From NCBI GenBank assembly GCA_001600815.1, contig BCKZ01000027.1, forward strand, positions 124,615 through 159,799: DNA of 35,185 bases, written 5' to 3'. This document shows, one piece after another, positions 9,976-22,456 of the stretch. The DNA is from Alloascoidea hylecoeti (Eukaryota). A program made the translations under genes and the position numbers. The notes below the pieces were generated by a model. The model was not told where the DNA came from. It did no database searches and saw only the letters and a program-made list of their open reading frames with translations. The number at the start of each line of letters is the position of its first letter. Position 1 is the first letter of the stretch.

Positions 9976-11842
9976 CAGTAACTTAGTTGGTCTCTAGTCC
10001 CTAGTGATGCACTATTATACCCACCACCTGCATGCCAATGTATCCGCTCCAATTATACCAGCCATAATTTACCATATTAAGTAACTTATATAAAGGAATT
10101 TGAAAGTTTTCTCAATTGTGCATACATATATAAAAGCCCACTAAAATGATAGCATTATCTATTTTATTTCATACCCCTTTATTAGTTACGCGCTCTAAGA
10201 TATACCCCAAGAGAATCAAATCTCAACAATTTTATTATTCAATTCCTAATATAGTCGATTGAAACACTATTCTAATAATTGATTTTAACTCAAGTAGAGC
10301 CTAAAAAATCAAAAGCTTTATCTTAAACGTCAAAGTTTTTTACTTTTCATTAGGTCAAACAAACAGAAATAACATATTTTTAAAAACTTGAATTCTTGGA
10401 ATTTATCTAACAGAGATGGAATTTTTTATTTCATTCTACAAACCTTCAAGATTCAGTTATTTCAAAAGATATCCCCAAAACATTTTCAACATGCGTACTA
10501 TTTTTTGTTACCCCACTCATTACCTCCTCACAAACCTAACGGTAATATCACGTGCAAATATAATACGAATCTGCTGTTCTGCATACATATGCATACAGAG
10601 TTAAGTTCAAGTTTATAAAAGTAGAGCTCACCAGAGAAATCTGAAGTGGGCATTTGAGGGAATGTTGACAAACCTGAACTTCCAAGCTCAACATGGAGCA
10701 AAAACATTTATAGATTCCGTATTTCGTGTCGATTATTAATTATGATTAGTTTACAGTCGTTTCCCTGCATAACCTCCAAAAGTTTTTTGGCTTTGCCTAA
10801 TTAAGGAGGCCATCTGCAACAAATTTAAAGCATATATGAAATGGTATTTCAAATGCTGTAAGTGTGATCAAATTGTTTTCCGGCCATTTTCGAATTCATT
10901 AAGTAATAATAAATAAAAATAGAAAGATAAAAGTAATTATAAACTGAGAGTAAATCGGCTTTTTGGTGCAACGGCAAGATAGAGGTACTTTATATATATC
11001 AGTTGGTTAGTTTAGCTCACAATTGTTTTGTGGTGATGGTATAAACGAATTTATTGGTACAAACCCCCATAAGATATAGTTATATCTGTGACTTGATTTT
11101 GAAATTATCAATATCAATGACGCTGTCCTATACTCTATATATCAATGGTATAGATATTAAGGATGCATCTTATTATTACATAAGAACAATTATTCCACGG
11201 GACATGGGAACAGTCAAGAGTCTCCTGGCATCCCACGGAATTCATTTGTTGAAATTATATCAATCATTTTAGTTGGGATCGGTTTGCGTATCTGGAATCA
11301 TATAAATTGATAATATTGTCGCATATTGAGTATTGTTTTGTCGTACGGTCGATTCCGCCATACCAAATGTAAACTATGCTTAATTCAAGGAATGACCTCG
11401 TCCAAGATGATAAAGACAACGATATAATACCTTCTAGATGGGGATATGCCTTGAGCACCCAATGCATCTTGTCGATTGTGAAAATTTACAATACTACTCT
11501 TTTTTTATTTTTTTTTTTTTTTACCTGATCATTTTATTATAAATTATACTAGCTAATCTATAAGAGGATAAAAAGAACTATTGAATGTTTATAAAATAAT
11601 AGTTTAAATATCTGTGCGGTAAAATCAAGTCTGAGATCATATTAAACATGATCATCTACTTTATTTGATAGGATGTATTATTTTTTTTCAAGTGGCCACA
11701 GAGACTCTAAATTAAACTATTTATTTCTACTTGAGTAATATATAGTTAATAACTAAAAATCTGTGATACAAAACACCTTTTCAGCAAAAATTTAAAAAAT
11801 CCACGGACCCTAATAATCTAGTGAGGGGGAAAAAAAATACTT

Positions 11843-11915
11843 TGGACGAGTCAGGGATCGAACCAGAGACCTTTAGAATGCAAATCTAACGCGCTACCAA
11901 CTGCGCCACACGCCC
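11843..11915 (-). tRNA. tRNA-Ala(UGC), intronless, 73 nt
   Basis: GGGCGTG-TG-GCGC AGTTGGTA GCGC-G-TTAGA TT TGC AT TCTAA-AGGTC-TCTGG TTCGATC CCTGA-CTCGTCC-A; G3:U70 Ala identity pair; T8 Pol III terminator at 11837-11830. Confidence 0.93.
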
Positions 11916-12633
11916 AGAGATATACACGTGCCTTACTCACGTGAACTACAAGTTTGAATATAGCGTTTGGTAAAACTAGGTACATAAGAAGGGAAGAAAG
12001 AAGAGTGTCAAGAATACACAAAAATAAGAAGAATAGAAAGAGAGGTTTGTATTTCACTATATATAGTAGAGATTTCCTCAGAATTTACATAGTTTCTAGT
12101 TATATAATTTAATTGGAAAATATCTAACTATATTAAATTGTTTATAAACAAACTGGACTAATGAATCAATAAATTCCAATATTAAAGACTACTATACTGT
12201 TTGATCAGGGTCATAACCACTATTAGCCTTGTGTTCCGGACTATTTCCAACAGAGATCAGCTAAAAAGAAGATGGAGATGGAAAGTCAAAGAGATTTTTT
12301 TACTTGATCAGGTTATGGGACAGAAATCCGATTATGGATGAAGACTTGCATTTGTTCAGCGATGTAGGACTCAGTTTTAAGTCATATATATGAATATTAG
12401 AACAGGTATAAAACCTGGATAACTAAACAATTAGTATTGGGATTAGATAGTAATACTTTTATTAGCAATTGAATAGCGTAATTCTACATGATCGATATAA
12501 TCTTTTTCCTTTCGGCAATGATCATGTGATATGGAGAAAACCTCCTTTTGCTTTTTAGCAATTAAATTCTCTTTGTATTTTTTGTAAAACTTCTTACTCT
12601 CATCTTTTAAATTTCTCACTTGCAGTTATAAAT

Positions 12634-13636
12634 ATGGGTTGGTTTTGGGCTGATGAGGTAAATACAACTCCTCGTGGACAAATATCATCTGTATGTATCG
12701 GCAAAAAAGATCGGTCTTCTTATCATGATTGAGATCTTTTCTTTTACAACTGTAAAACGAAAAAAAGTAGAATTTTTTTTGTTAAAAGTTTTGGAAGATT
12801 ACTTGTTTTAGGTAAACTAACGATGTACTAATTTCTTTTTGTTGTTGTTGGTATTGTAATAGGGAAAGTGTCCTATTGATCATACGAAATTGGCGAAATT
12901 ATCGAAACGTAATGACGATCCAACAGCTGTTTGCCCAGTAAATCATAAAAAATCTGACGACGTTTTAGTTTGTCCGGTTAATCATGAAGAAGGTTTTAAT
13001 ACTTTGAATAATATGCCCTATCTATCATCCGAAAGAGCGCCAGGTCAGAAAGTTTCTTTATCAAGAACTAAATCAATATCATCAATTCCAAGGGGTGAAA
13101 AAGAAGATGAAGGTGTATGGGAATACCCCTCACCCCAGCAAATGTATAATGCAATGATTAGAAAAGGAAAAGGAGCTGTTCCAGAAGATGCCGTTGAACC
13201 GATGGTAGATGTTCATAATTTTTTAAATGAAGGAGCATGGGATGAGATTTTGCGATGGGAAACACCATACGTTTTAAAGTATAAAACAATGCCTCGATTA
13301 TTAAAATTTACTGGAAGGCCAGATGATATGTCGCCAAAAGCTAGAATATATAAACAACTTGGTGAATGGTTTCCAGAAAAATTCGGTACGCTTCCTCCAT
13401 TTGACAGACATGATTGGACTGTATTACGACCAACGAAAGATCCGGAACAATGGAAAGAAGTTCGATACGTAATAGATTATTATGCTGGACCTGATGATGA
13501 ACATGGAATGCCGACTTTCTTTTTGGATGTTAGACCTGCTCTTGATAATATTGGTAATGCTTCTGACCGTATTATTCATTGGAGTAAACCTATATGGGAT
13601 AAAGCACTAGGTAGAAAGGGCGATGATGTTAATTAA
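12634..13636 (+). CDS. CYC3: Holocytochrome c synthase (cytochrome c heme lyase), 276 aa; exons 12634-12690 and 12863-13636
   Basis: MGWFWAD N-terminus; three CP heme-regulatory motifs; [44 protein letters not shown]; intron GTATGT (12691)...TACTAAT...TAG (12862). Confidence 0.95.
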
Positions 13637-14478
13637 TAATTGACTATAATGAACGTTTAAAGATACTTTGCTGTTGCTATAAATATAAATATATATATAT
13701 AAATTTGTGTGTTTGAAAATAATATACTTAATGTCTCTCTGATCTAATCTATGATTTTTACTAAATTATAACAGTGCTGATAGTAAAATATATGCCTAAA
13801 TATATCCTCTAAAATCATTGATATCATTACTTTCTAGATTTTTTCCTTTAAGTGTATGGTAATATATTACAATGCATATGCTCTGAGCTATTATAAACAG
13901 TATAGAATATTAGTTATTTTTAAATTCAGATTTGTTATAATGTGAAGTCCAAAGTACCAGTACCATGAAAAACACAAGACAGAATCGTCATCTGGGGGCA
14001 AGAGAAATTATATCTCAGCATTAGATAATTATGGTTGGTGCAGTATGAAGCGGAAAAAAGTTAAAACAGTTACCTATCATGAACGATTTGTGTCAAACAC
14101 AAATTTGACATCTGGCATGAGCTATTATGTACAAGTTACAGATGATATATGAGTCTTCTTTTTTAATAAATCCTTAGAGAGTACAGTCTAAAGTATGTGT
14201 GATAGGCTGATGACTAACAAATAGCAAATTAGAGCGATTTATATTGTAATGATTCATAAATTGATCTTCTTCACCAAACCAAATTTCTACCAATAGTAAA
14301 CCCTTTTAATACGCCAATTGAAAGTTCCAAATTTACGAATATCTTCAGTCCTCAATGCTTCATGTAAGGTCTGAAAATTCCGGGTAACTTCATCTCCAAT
14401 TATTTTTTTCTATGAAGTTAAAATTAAAGAAACAATATTCATAAAATTTCAATTTATAATTAAATCCCCCAAAGTGAG

Positions 14479-16884
14479 ATGATTCGGCTACTGAAATCCA
14501 GAAATAATAATATAATATCAGGATTACCAAGGGGGAGATTACTACCGGTTGTTAAAACATCATTTATACGACCGGTTTATTTACCACCTAGAAAATCTGT
14601 ATCAAGGACTAGGAAACCAAGACATGTTTTAAAAAAAGAATCACTAGAATATGTAGACAGTCGGAGAGAAATTGAAGATTTGAAAAGTATATCGAATGAG
14701 ATACAGTCATATACAACAGAATTACGGAAAAAGATTAGAAAAGCACAAGAAGATCAAGCACGAAAAGATCTAGAAAAAGATGTAAGTAATGATATTTATA
14801 TTTCAATTTAAATTCTTCAATTTCCATTTGTATTATTTTAATCATTTCAATATGAGATAATATGAGATAACTAATATAATTTATTTCTCACATTTCAATA
14901 GGTCATTAAAGATGCTGATATTCCAGAAGAAGAACTAGATCAACTATACGAAAGCTTAATGCTTCCTGAAAAAGAAAAAGAAAAGAAGAATCAACGATTA
15001 CTATTAAATGACAATAATAATATACCAGAAGAACCCTCATCTAATCATATTCAATTATTTGACAGACCTGCAAAAGGGATCACGCTTGATCTAAATATTT
15101 TGGATAGAATTGGAGATGCTGTCAAATATATAAGCACCACAAATAATCAAGATTGGTTCTTAGTAACAAATGCAATTTATAAAAATGGTGGATTAACTGG
15201 TATCAATATTGAATCAATTTCATTTTTGATTCAAAATATTCCTTTAGCAGATCGTTATAAATGTTTCCCACTAATAGATAAAATGAGGGAAGAAGCAGGA
15301 ATAAAATGTTCAAAAATATATTATGATATGGCAATGAGTACTTATGCTGAAATAGGTAATTCACAAAAAGTTGAAGAATATTTTGAAAAAATGTTAACAA
15401 ATCCAATGAATTTTAAACCAACGGTTCATACATTTGGTCATTTAATTAAATCATATTTAAAAACTCGTGATTTAGAATCAGCATCAAAAGCATTAAATAA
15501 AATGAAAACAATGGGGATAAAACCAAATAAACATATTTATACGGAACTTTTACAAACATGTTCAGTAGTTGGTGATTATAAACAAGCAAATAAAATTTTT
15601 GATATGATGAAATTTTTATCTTTAGATGATGCTCCAGATACAAAAACTTATACATCAATGATATATGCAGCAGGTGAAAATTATCAAGCAGAAAGAGCAT
15701 TAGATCTTTTTAAAGAAATGGCAAATAGAAGTTTAAATCCATTATCACCAAATATTGAAGTTTATCATGCATTAATTTATTCACTTTCAAAAATTCCAGA
15801 TTTTAAATTTCAACAAATGGCATGGCAAATAATTTTACAAATTCATGAAAATGGATTAGAAATTACAAAAGAAACTTTTGAAGTTATAATGTTTTTATGT
15901 GCAGAAACTGGTGAAATTACATTTTCAAGAATTATATTTAGAAAAATGTGTGAAAATCAATTAACATGGCCTGATTCAAAATCATTTTCATCATTATTAG
16001 TTTCATATTCAAATTTTAAAAAATTAAATAACGATAAAGAAAATTCAACAATATCAATATCACCGATTATGGGGACTGAAATTGGTCAAAGATTAAAAAC
16101 AAATTTCCTTCTTGATAGTACTTTTGAATTGGATTTAGAATTTGGTAATAATAATATGCCACCATTTCTTCCTTTAAAAATGTTATCAACACAACAACAA
16201 ATATTAGCAGAATCAAGAGCAATTTTTGAATTTATACAGGAAAGGAAACCAAATATGATAAATGAAATTATTGTTGGGTCATATCTTCAAATCCCAGCAC
16301 AATTTGGAGATATTGAAGAATTTAAAAGACGTTATGAAGCCCTTACATATCTTGACAGTGATGAAAAGGGAACTGTTGAAATCATTCCACCGGAGAATGA
16401 ACCAAAAGTTAATGAACCGGATCTCGAAAATAGTAATTTGGGAATCAGTGAAACAAATAAATTACTTACTACGCCGAGCTCAAGTGCTCTTAAAAGAAAA
16501 TTCCGAAGGAATGATAAAATCTACATTTCTGCAATTCTTGCATGTTCAAAAAGTCATGATATTAAATTTGCAAAAGATATTTGGATAGAAAGAGGACAAA
16601 TGAGAAGAACATCGCATTTTAAAAATAAAGATAAAAAAGAAAAAGATAAATTAGATTTTGATTTTACAATTGTTATGATTAAATTTTTCACAGAATGTAA
16701 TTTAATTCAAGATGCTGTATCTTTATTAAAATCAACAAAAAAACAATTCCCATGGAGATTTACTCATTTAAGAGATTTATATATTAAAGCTGCTCAAATA
16801 GAAGATCGAAGTATTAAATTCCTTATTAAAGACGCTACTGGATTTTCGGCTCGTTTTCCAACTAACAGTCGATATCGTTCATGA
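14479..16884 (+). CDS. CCM1: Mitochondrial PPR protein, Ccm1-like, 761 aa; exons 14479-14781 and 14902-16884
   Basis: Basic presequence-like N-terminus; tandem PPR repeats (PTVHTFGHLIKSY, PNKHIYTELLQTC, PDTKTYTSMIYAA, PNIEVYHALIYSL); C-terminal W.ERG..R and QFPWRF motifs; 120-nt intron GTAAGT...AACTAAT...TAG joins the two track ORFs in frame. Confidence 0.75.
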
Positions 16885-17263
16885 TATTTTTTGGTGTATA
16901 GCATAAGTAACTTGATGATGAATTAACTCAATTCCTTATAGTTAACCTTGTATATAGTATACACAAAAGGAAAGGAAAGATAAAGCTGAATATTAATTGG
17001 GGCACATGTTTTAAATTTTGCATGTGTCTTGCTTTGTAAATAGCAAATTCAAGAAAGAAGTTTTAAATATTTCTTCTAATAATATAGCTACTTTATATTT
17101 GGTTATTTTATAAATATGATAATCATTAGGTAATTAATTAACTTTTCATTTACCTTATGTTTACTGTGAATTTTATAAAGTGGCGATTGGATTTGGTATT
17201 GAAGATTAATATTATAATCACAATTTTTGGTTTGTACCGCTGGTAATTTTTTTTGTTGGCCAT

Positions 17264-17296
17264 CCTGAAGTCTGCCTGAAGTCTGCCTGAAGTCCG
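17264..17296. repeat. Three tandem copies of an 11-mer (CCTGAAGTCTG)
   Basis: cctgaagtctg cctgaagtctg cctgaagtccg. Confidence 0.8.
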
Positions 17297-17319
17297 TCCG
17301 TTTGTGTTTTATAGTATTT

Positions 17320-18162
17320 ATACCTCCAAAAAAAAAAAAGATAGTATTATGACCAGCCAATAAATACTCGAAAACACCTTAAACTGTTCCTAAAGTAGTA
17401 TATAGTATCACGTAGATACTAAAGATTCTATTAGACTATATAAAATGATATTTTAAATCTAGTATTTAGTGTTGGCTCTCTATAAGGCATATGGATATAA
17501 GGAACCCCAACCCCTCTATAAAGTATATAATAACCTCCTTTCTAATTTTTATTCCATTCCATAAGACTCGCAGACTCAGACTTCTCTATAATATAAATAT
17601 CCTTAATGTGAATGTTGTGGAGCATATACTTTTTTCCGATCAGGATCCTGTAACGATTGAACATTCGTCACTAAATATAACACCACCCCAAATGTCATGA
17701 GACTACTCCAATATATATATTCAAACAATACTATTCTCATAATTGGGTTCTTTTCATTCAGATAAGACATTTCACATGTTGAGAAATTCCATATTCATGC
17801 TTTTACACAAGGGTTTTTAGACGTTCTTTGATATTCTAATGTTAAAATTTGAGCTCAGGTCATCAAAAGTATTCAAGGATAAAGTTTTTGAAATCCTTAT
17901 GATTGGATTAAAGGCCTTTTCAGAAAGTCTTTTGGTCTTTTTGTTCGAGGAGGTGGTATGTTAGAAAAGTTGTTGGTTTGAACTGTACAGTTGAAGGTGC
18001 AATATCAAGCCATTTTTATTCAGAGTTCAAATTTCAATTCGCTTTGCTGGCTGAAAATCCTTTTCATATTTAGAATTAATTGAAATCTCGTTTTACGTAA
18101 TTCTGGAAATCATTCTATGGCATATTTAAACAGATGTGTAATTTTAGGGGGTGTTCAGGAAG
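17320..18162 (-). mobile_element. Tc1/IS630-like transposon relic 1
   Basis: Minus strand ~17700-17645 reads HDIWGGVIFSDECSIV (first catalytic W..V.FSDE motif); colinear with 26814-27975; sub-terminal GGGGTGTTCAGGAA at ~18148-18161 is inverted relative to TTCCTGATACCC at ~26844. Confidence 0.75.
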
Positions 18163-18772
18163 TAAACGCACCACCACCACCTTAGCGCCCTGCTGTATAT
18201 GCAGAAAATTAATTGCTACTTAAAGAAATCCATGCATATAGACTATTATAGCTAGAAAAGATCAATTGGAAATACCTAAGTAATTAATTTTAATTAACCC
18301 TTCTTTTTTGAATTTGATGGCTTTCAAATTCATTTTTTTTTTGTATCAATCAGTATAGATTCAATAATTTTTGCATGTAACTATAACACGGGAAACTTTC
18401 ATTATAATTAATATTGTTGGTGATGCATTAACGGATGTTTTAAGGCACGGGCACCAAAGTAAAGTACGTGTTAAGTATATGATGTTTGAAGACCTAATCA
18501 TAGGTTGCTATAAAACTTTATGCTTACTCTCTATGTTCTGAGGAATTGCAATCAAATTGAATCAATTAATGAATTTTAAAAGTCTTGAATATATGCGACC
18601 ATGTTTGCATTGAATTTCAGTTATAATCTAATATTAGTATTTTATTGATTATAAATCGAAAAAATGGGAGCAGATTCACCCGTTTTCGAATTTATATAAA
18701 TATTAGCTTATGTGATTCATTAAATTGCCATTTTTTTCTGTATATTGATCCTCATCACTTGGTTATACTGTA

Positions 18773-20939
18773 CGTAGATACCGGATGGTACAAGGATACC
18801 GGAACATAATTGATATTTTCAACCACTATTTTCTTAACCAACTCATATAAATTAAATTTAATACTATCACTAAAATATAATTAGTCTCGTAATTCTGATA
18901 ATGATTTTTTAATATGCAATTTTTGTGTTTTCTGTTGTGGAGTGAGATTTTTTCTCCGAATTAGTGTATTGAGCTCAGCAGTACCAATCTCACGACAAGC
19001 ATTTCTTTTCGTTATCTCAGGGGAATTATGTGTTACGATTGCTTTCCCCCTCTTAGAAGTCTTAAGTCCACTTCGGATAGTTTTTAAGGGATCTTCAAGA
19101 ATTTTGGTGGGTGTATTTGATAATAAAGCCTGTTTGAACCCCCCAAGCCAACTCAAGAAATACGAAATTCATGTTTTCAGCCTTCCCAACATCGTTTCAT
19201 AAGCTTCGTTCACAAACGTTTCGGATTTTAATTCTCCCTCAAAATTTTCATATAAAATGAAATTTCTCTCAGATTTTTCGTTTGTTCTTCGTTTTCTGCC
19301 ACCCAAACTTCTCCAAATTTCGATAAAATCTTCTCTGAGTCAAATGGGTATATTCCTGTTGCCTTATAACCAGAACAAATATTTCTAGCTGTTATTGCAT
19401 CAGATCTGGCCTTCTTATATATTTCAACGAATTCTCCTTTCTGTGCTCTATGATTGTTGGGTTTATCTACTAGTATTTCGTCATAGATGTTTTTCAACCT
19501 TTTTTTAAGAGGACCAAAGCAAGAGACATCTAAGACCTGCGTCGATTGACTCGTGTGTGCGGGCGATATAAAGAGTCGAACATTATATTTAATACATTCC
19601 ATCACTAGGTTAAATGAAATATGACTAGAATGTCAGTCTAATAAAATAATGTGTCCTTATTCGTACGCAATATGGGGTAAAAACGATTCATGTAACCACC
19701 TCAACATTAAATCTCCATTTATATACCCAGAATCGGAGCATGTAAATACCCAGTTATTTAATGCCCTATATTGATTATCTGGTACCCAAGCAGGTGAGAC
19801 ATCATCATCCTCCTTTTTTAAATATAATGAGTGATGGAGTCCTGGAACCATCGGCGCACATGCATTCAGCAGACGAGATGAGCTCACCTCTTGGAAATTC
19901 AATTTGAGCAAACTTCTTTTGAGTAGAGGACACAAATCGCTTTCCCCCTTCATCAGTGGCTCCGAGCTGGGTACCAGTTTCATCCAAATTCCAAATATAT
20001 GATGCTAGTGCTGTTTTGACAGCCTGATTGAGCAGTGTGTATCACTCGCGGATATACTTAGGGTCTTAGCTCAAGAACCTATAGACATTTAATTTACGAG
20101 TTTTTTTGTATGACAAGATGGTATGTCGGGACATAGAAGCCATATGATAATTACGCGAACAGAAATGCGACGTTGTCTTGTTTTTGGTTGGTAATTTTAA
20201 AGAAGGAGGCACGTATACCAGATCATCTACCATCACACGAAACCATTTTAAATTAGCGGCACACCCATTTTTCGAGAAAAACAAGAGCTCCAAGAAAGCT
20301 CTTGCTCCTCAAGGAGGGTTAGAACCATTTGAGAAATATGGGAATCTTTGTGTGATGAACCATTGAGGCGATCGTGTAAAGTTGATCTTGGAACATAGAA
20401 TTTTTTAGAAACCTTTAGGAACGACTGTTTCTTGTGTTTTCGCTTGTAATTGACAGCGGTATTGATTAGCATATTCTTACACTATTTATCCTTCTGCACA
20501 GATCTTGTTCGAACCATTTGGAGTTATGATGGAGGTTCAGTAGTGACTGAAAGACAAAGTATTTATATGCTTCCAATTATCGCGTTTTGGGATGGCTGGT
20601 CATACCCTATTTCTCACACTTTACGACAGTGTATTCCATGAAAATAATTCTACTATATATATATATATTCGGCGCATCTGATGATACCCGAATATAAAAT
20701 TTCCAACTAATACTGTGCTGAGCTATTAATTATAAATACTCGAAGTTGGAGAAAAAATCTCACTCCACAACAGAAAACACAAAAATTGTATATTAAAAAA
20801 TCATTATCAGAATTACGAGATTAATTAGATTTTAGTGATAATATTAAATTTAATTTATATGGGTTGTCGGTTAAGAAAATGGTGGTTAAAAATATCAATT
20901 ATGTTCCATCCGGTATCCTTGCACCTGGCGGTATCTACG
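18773..20939 (-). mobile_element. pogo/Fot1-type (DD35D) DNA transposon with pseudogenised transposase (~20480-18881), bounded by TA|CGTAGATACC inverted ends
   Basis: Fragments in several frames: HTH (SFLKVSKKFYVPRSTLHDRLNG), WNLDETG, SGYING...WL...FLP, LLD*HSSH-...-PAHTSQSTQVLDVSCFGPLK (35 residues between D2 and D3), NICSGYKATGIYPFD; TA at 18771-72 and 20940-41. Confidence 0.9.
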
Positions 20940-22456
20940 TACCTGACGGCACATGTAGTTATATAAATATACATATACGGATAAGGCATTAATTCGAGCT
21001 CTGAAACCATCTTTTTTTTTTTCTTTAATTTATAGAATATTTCAATATTGAGATTATATTTGAAATTGAAATTACTTAAACTTTTATAAATGTACTTATA
21101 TTAAGACATTTAATTTATGAACTAATTAATAAACTTTATCTTATAACCTTCTAGGGGGCACACTAGGCATCAACTACTCTATTTGGCACTGTAAGATGGT
21201 GCATCCCTACCCATACATCTGAGGGAATGACCAATCTCCTTCAGATTCTATTTCTATCGGAAGAAGTTAAATAATTTTTTAAAAAATGAGGTACAAAAAC
21301 AAATTCGATGTATGTAGAGTATTGCCTTATTGATGAAAGGGTGCGAGTAATTTTTTTATAGAAAATGCAAGGAAATATGTGATGTGACTTTATGCAATTT
21401 ATATTAGAAACCGTTATTAATGGTCATTAAAAACTTATTATAACATAATAAATAAACCCAACAATAAACTGAAGTATAAGCTTAAACATCGATTATCAGA
21501 TGGTGGAATGTATTCACGTAATTGCAAGTTTTCAACGTCACATAATCATATGCTCGGGAATAGAGAGTGAGCAAGTAAAGGATGGCAGCAAAATTCTGCA
21601 TTTGAGTATTGACAAGAAGGGTTGTTGGTCACAGAGTAAAATATTCGGGGCTAGGGCTAAGAAGTCAGTCTTGTATACAATGACTACAACTGCTTATGAT
21701 CATTATATTTCAGTGTAATAGGTGAAGAATAAGATTTGAATATTAAAGTGCACCAACTAATATGAACTTTAAAGTTACTTGTGTGAAAACTTTGATGTAA
21801 TTAACGTTGTTTTTGAGTTTAGATTCAACGGTTACAATTGAGATTACTCTATATATCGAGTGTTCTTCTCTGTAATACAACATATTACTAATAGAATGAT
21901 GTAGTTATTTTACAGCACGGAATTAACTAGGTTCTTCAATTGTAAGGACTTTAATATAAGATCTTATATTGGTATAAACTTTATGGCTACCGAGGTTTAT
22001 ACATCTTTGTGTTACATAGTTTATGCATGTACGGGTTGCAACGGTAACTCTCTCTTTATAGACATATTATTATTATTACAGCATATTTGATGAAAGTGTG
22101 CATTTTCTACTCCGACTAAACTCGACCAATATGAAAAATGAAAAAAAAAAGGTGTTGAATGTGTTGAGCAAGATGCGATTTAATATGTTGTGCAAATATT
22201 ATTATGTTATGTTGTCCAAATGCCACGCTGTGCATTGCATGCTATGTTTTTTTATTTTCGTTTGGGTTTAAATTAAATTCACTGAAGGCTTAAATCAGCA
22301 GGAGAACATCACAACCGAAAATTAGAAAACTTCGTTGCAGAACCCTCGTTCTTTTTTCACAAGCTACTACGGTCTTTTTTAATTTTAGAGATTTGGGTTT
22401 CTAGATTTATATTTATAAATATACTTCTTTTCTTCTCAACTCAATTCGGTCTCTTC

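Noticed and set aside
11925..12080. Point centromere (CACGTG at 11925 and TCACGTGA at 11937 as CDEI)
   Set aside because: The following DNA is not a >90% AT CDEII and no CDEIII CCGAA is at the right spacing; more likely plain E-boxes
5473..16588. Overlapping ORFs inside POR1, RPL33, the tRNA and CCM1 (5473-5733, 6498-6740, 11851-12057, 15203-15700, 16262-16588)
   Set aside because: Alternative-frame or antisense shadows of well-supported genes
17264..17296. Telomere seed or CRISPR-like array
   Set aside because: Only three contiguous 11-mers with no spacers, in a eukaryotic context, and no telomeric repeat I recognise
18881..20472. Programmed frameshifting or splicing to produce an active transposase
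   Set aside because: Too many independent frameshifts, plus an in-frame TGA right after catalytic D2; decay is the simpler explanation, although sequencing errors cannot be fully excluded
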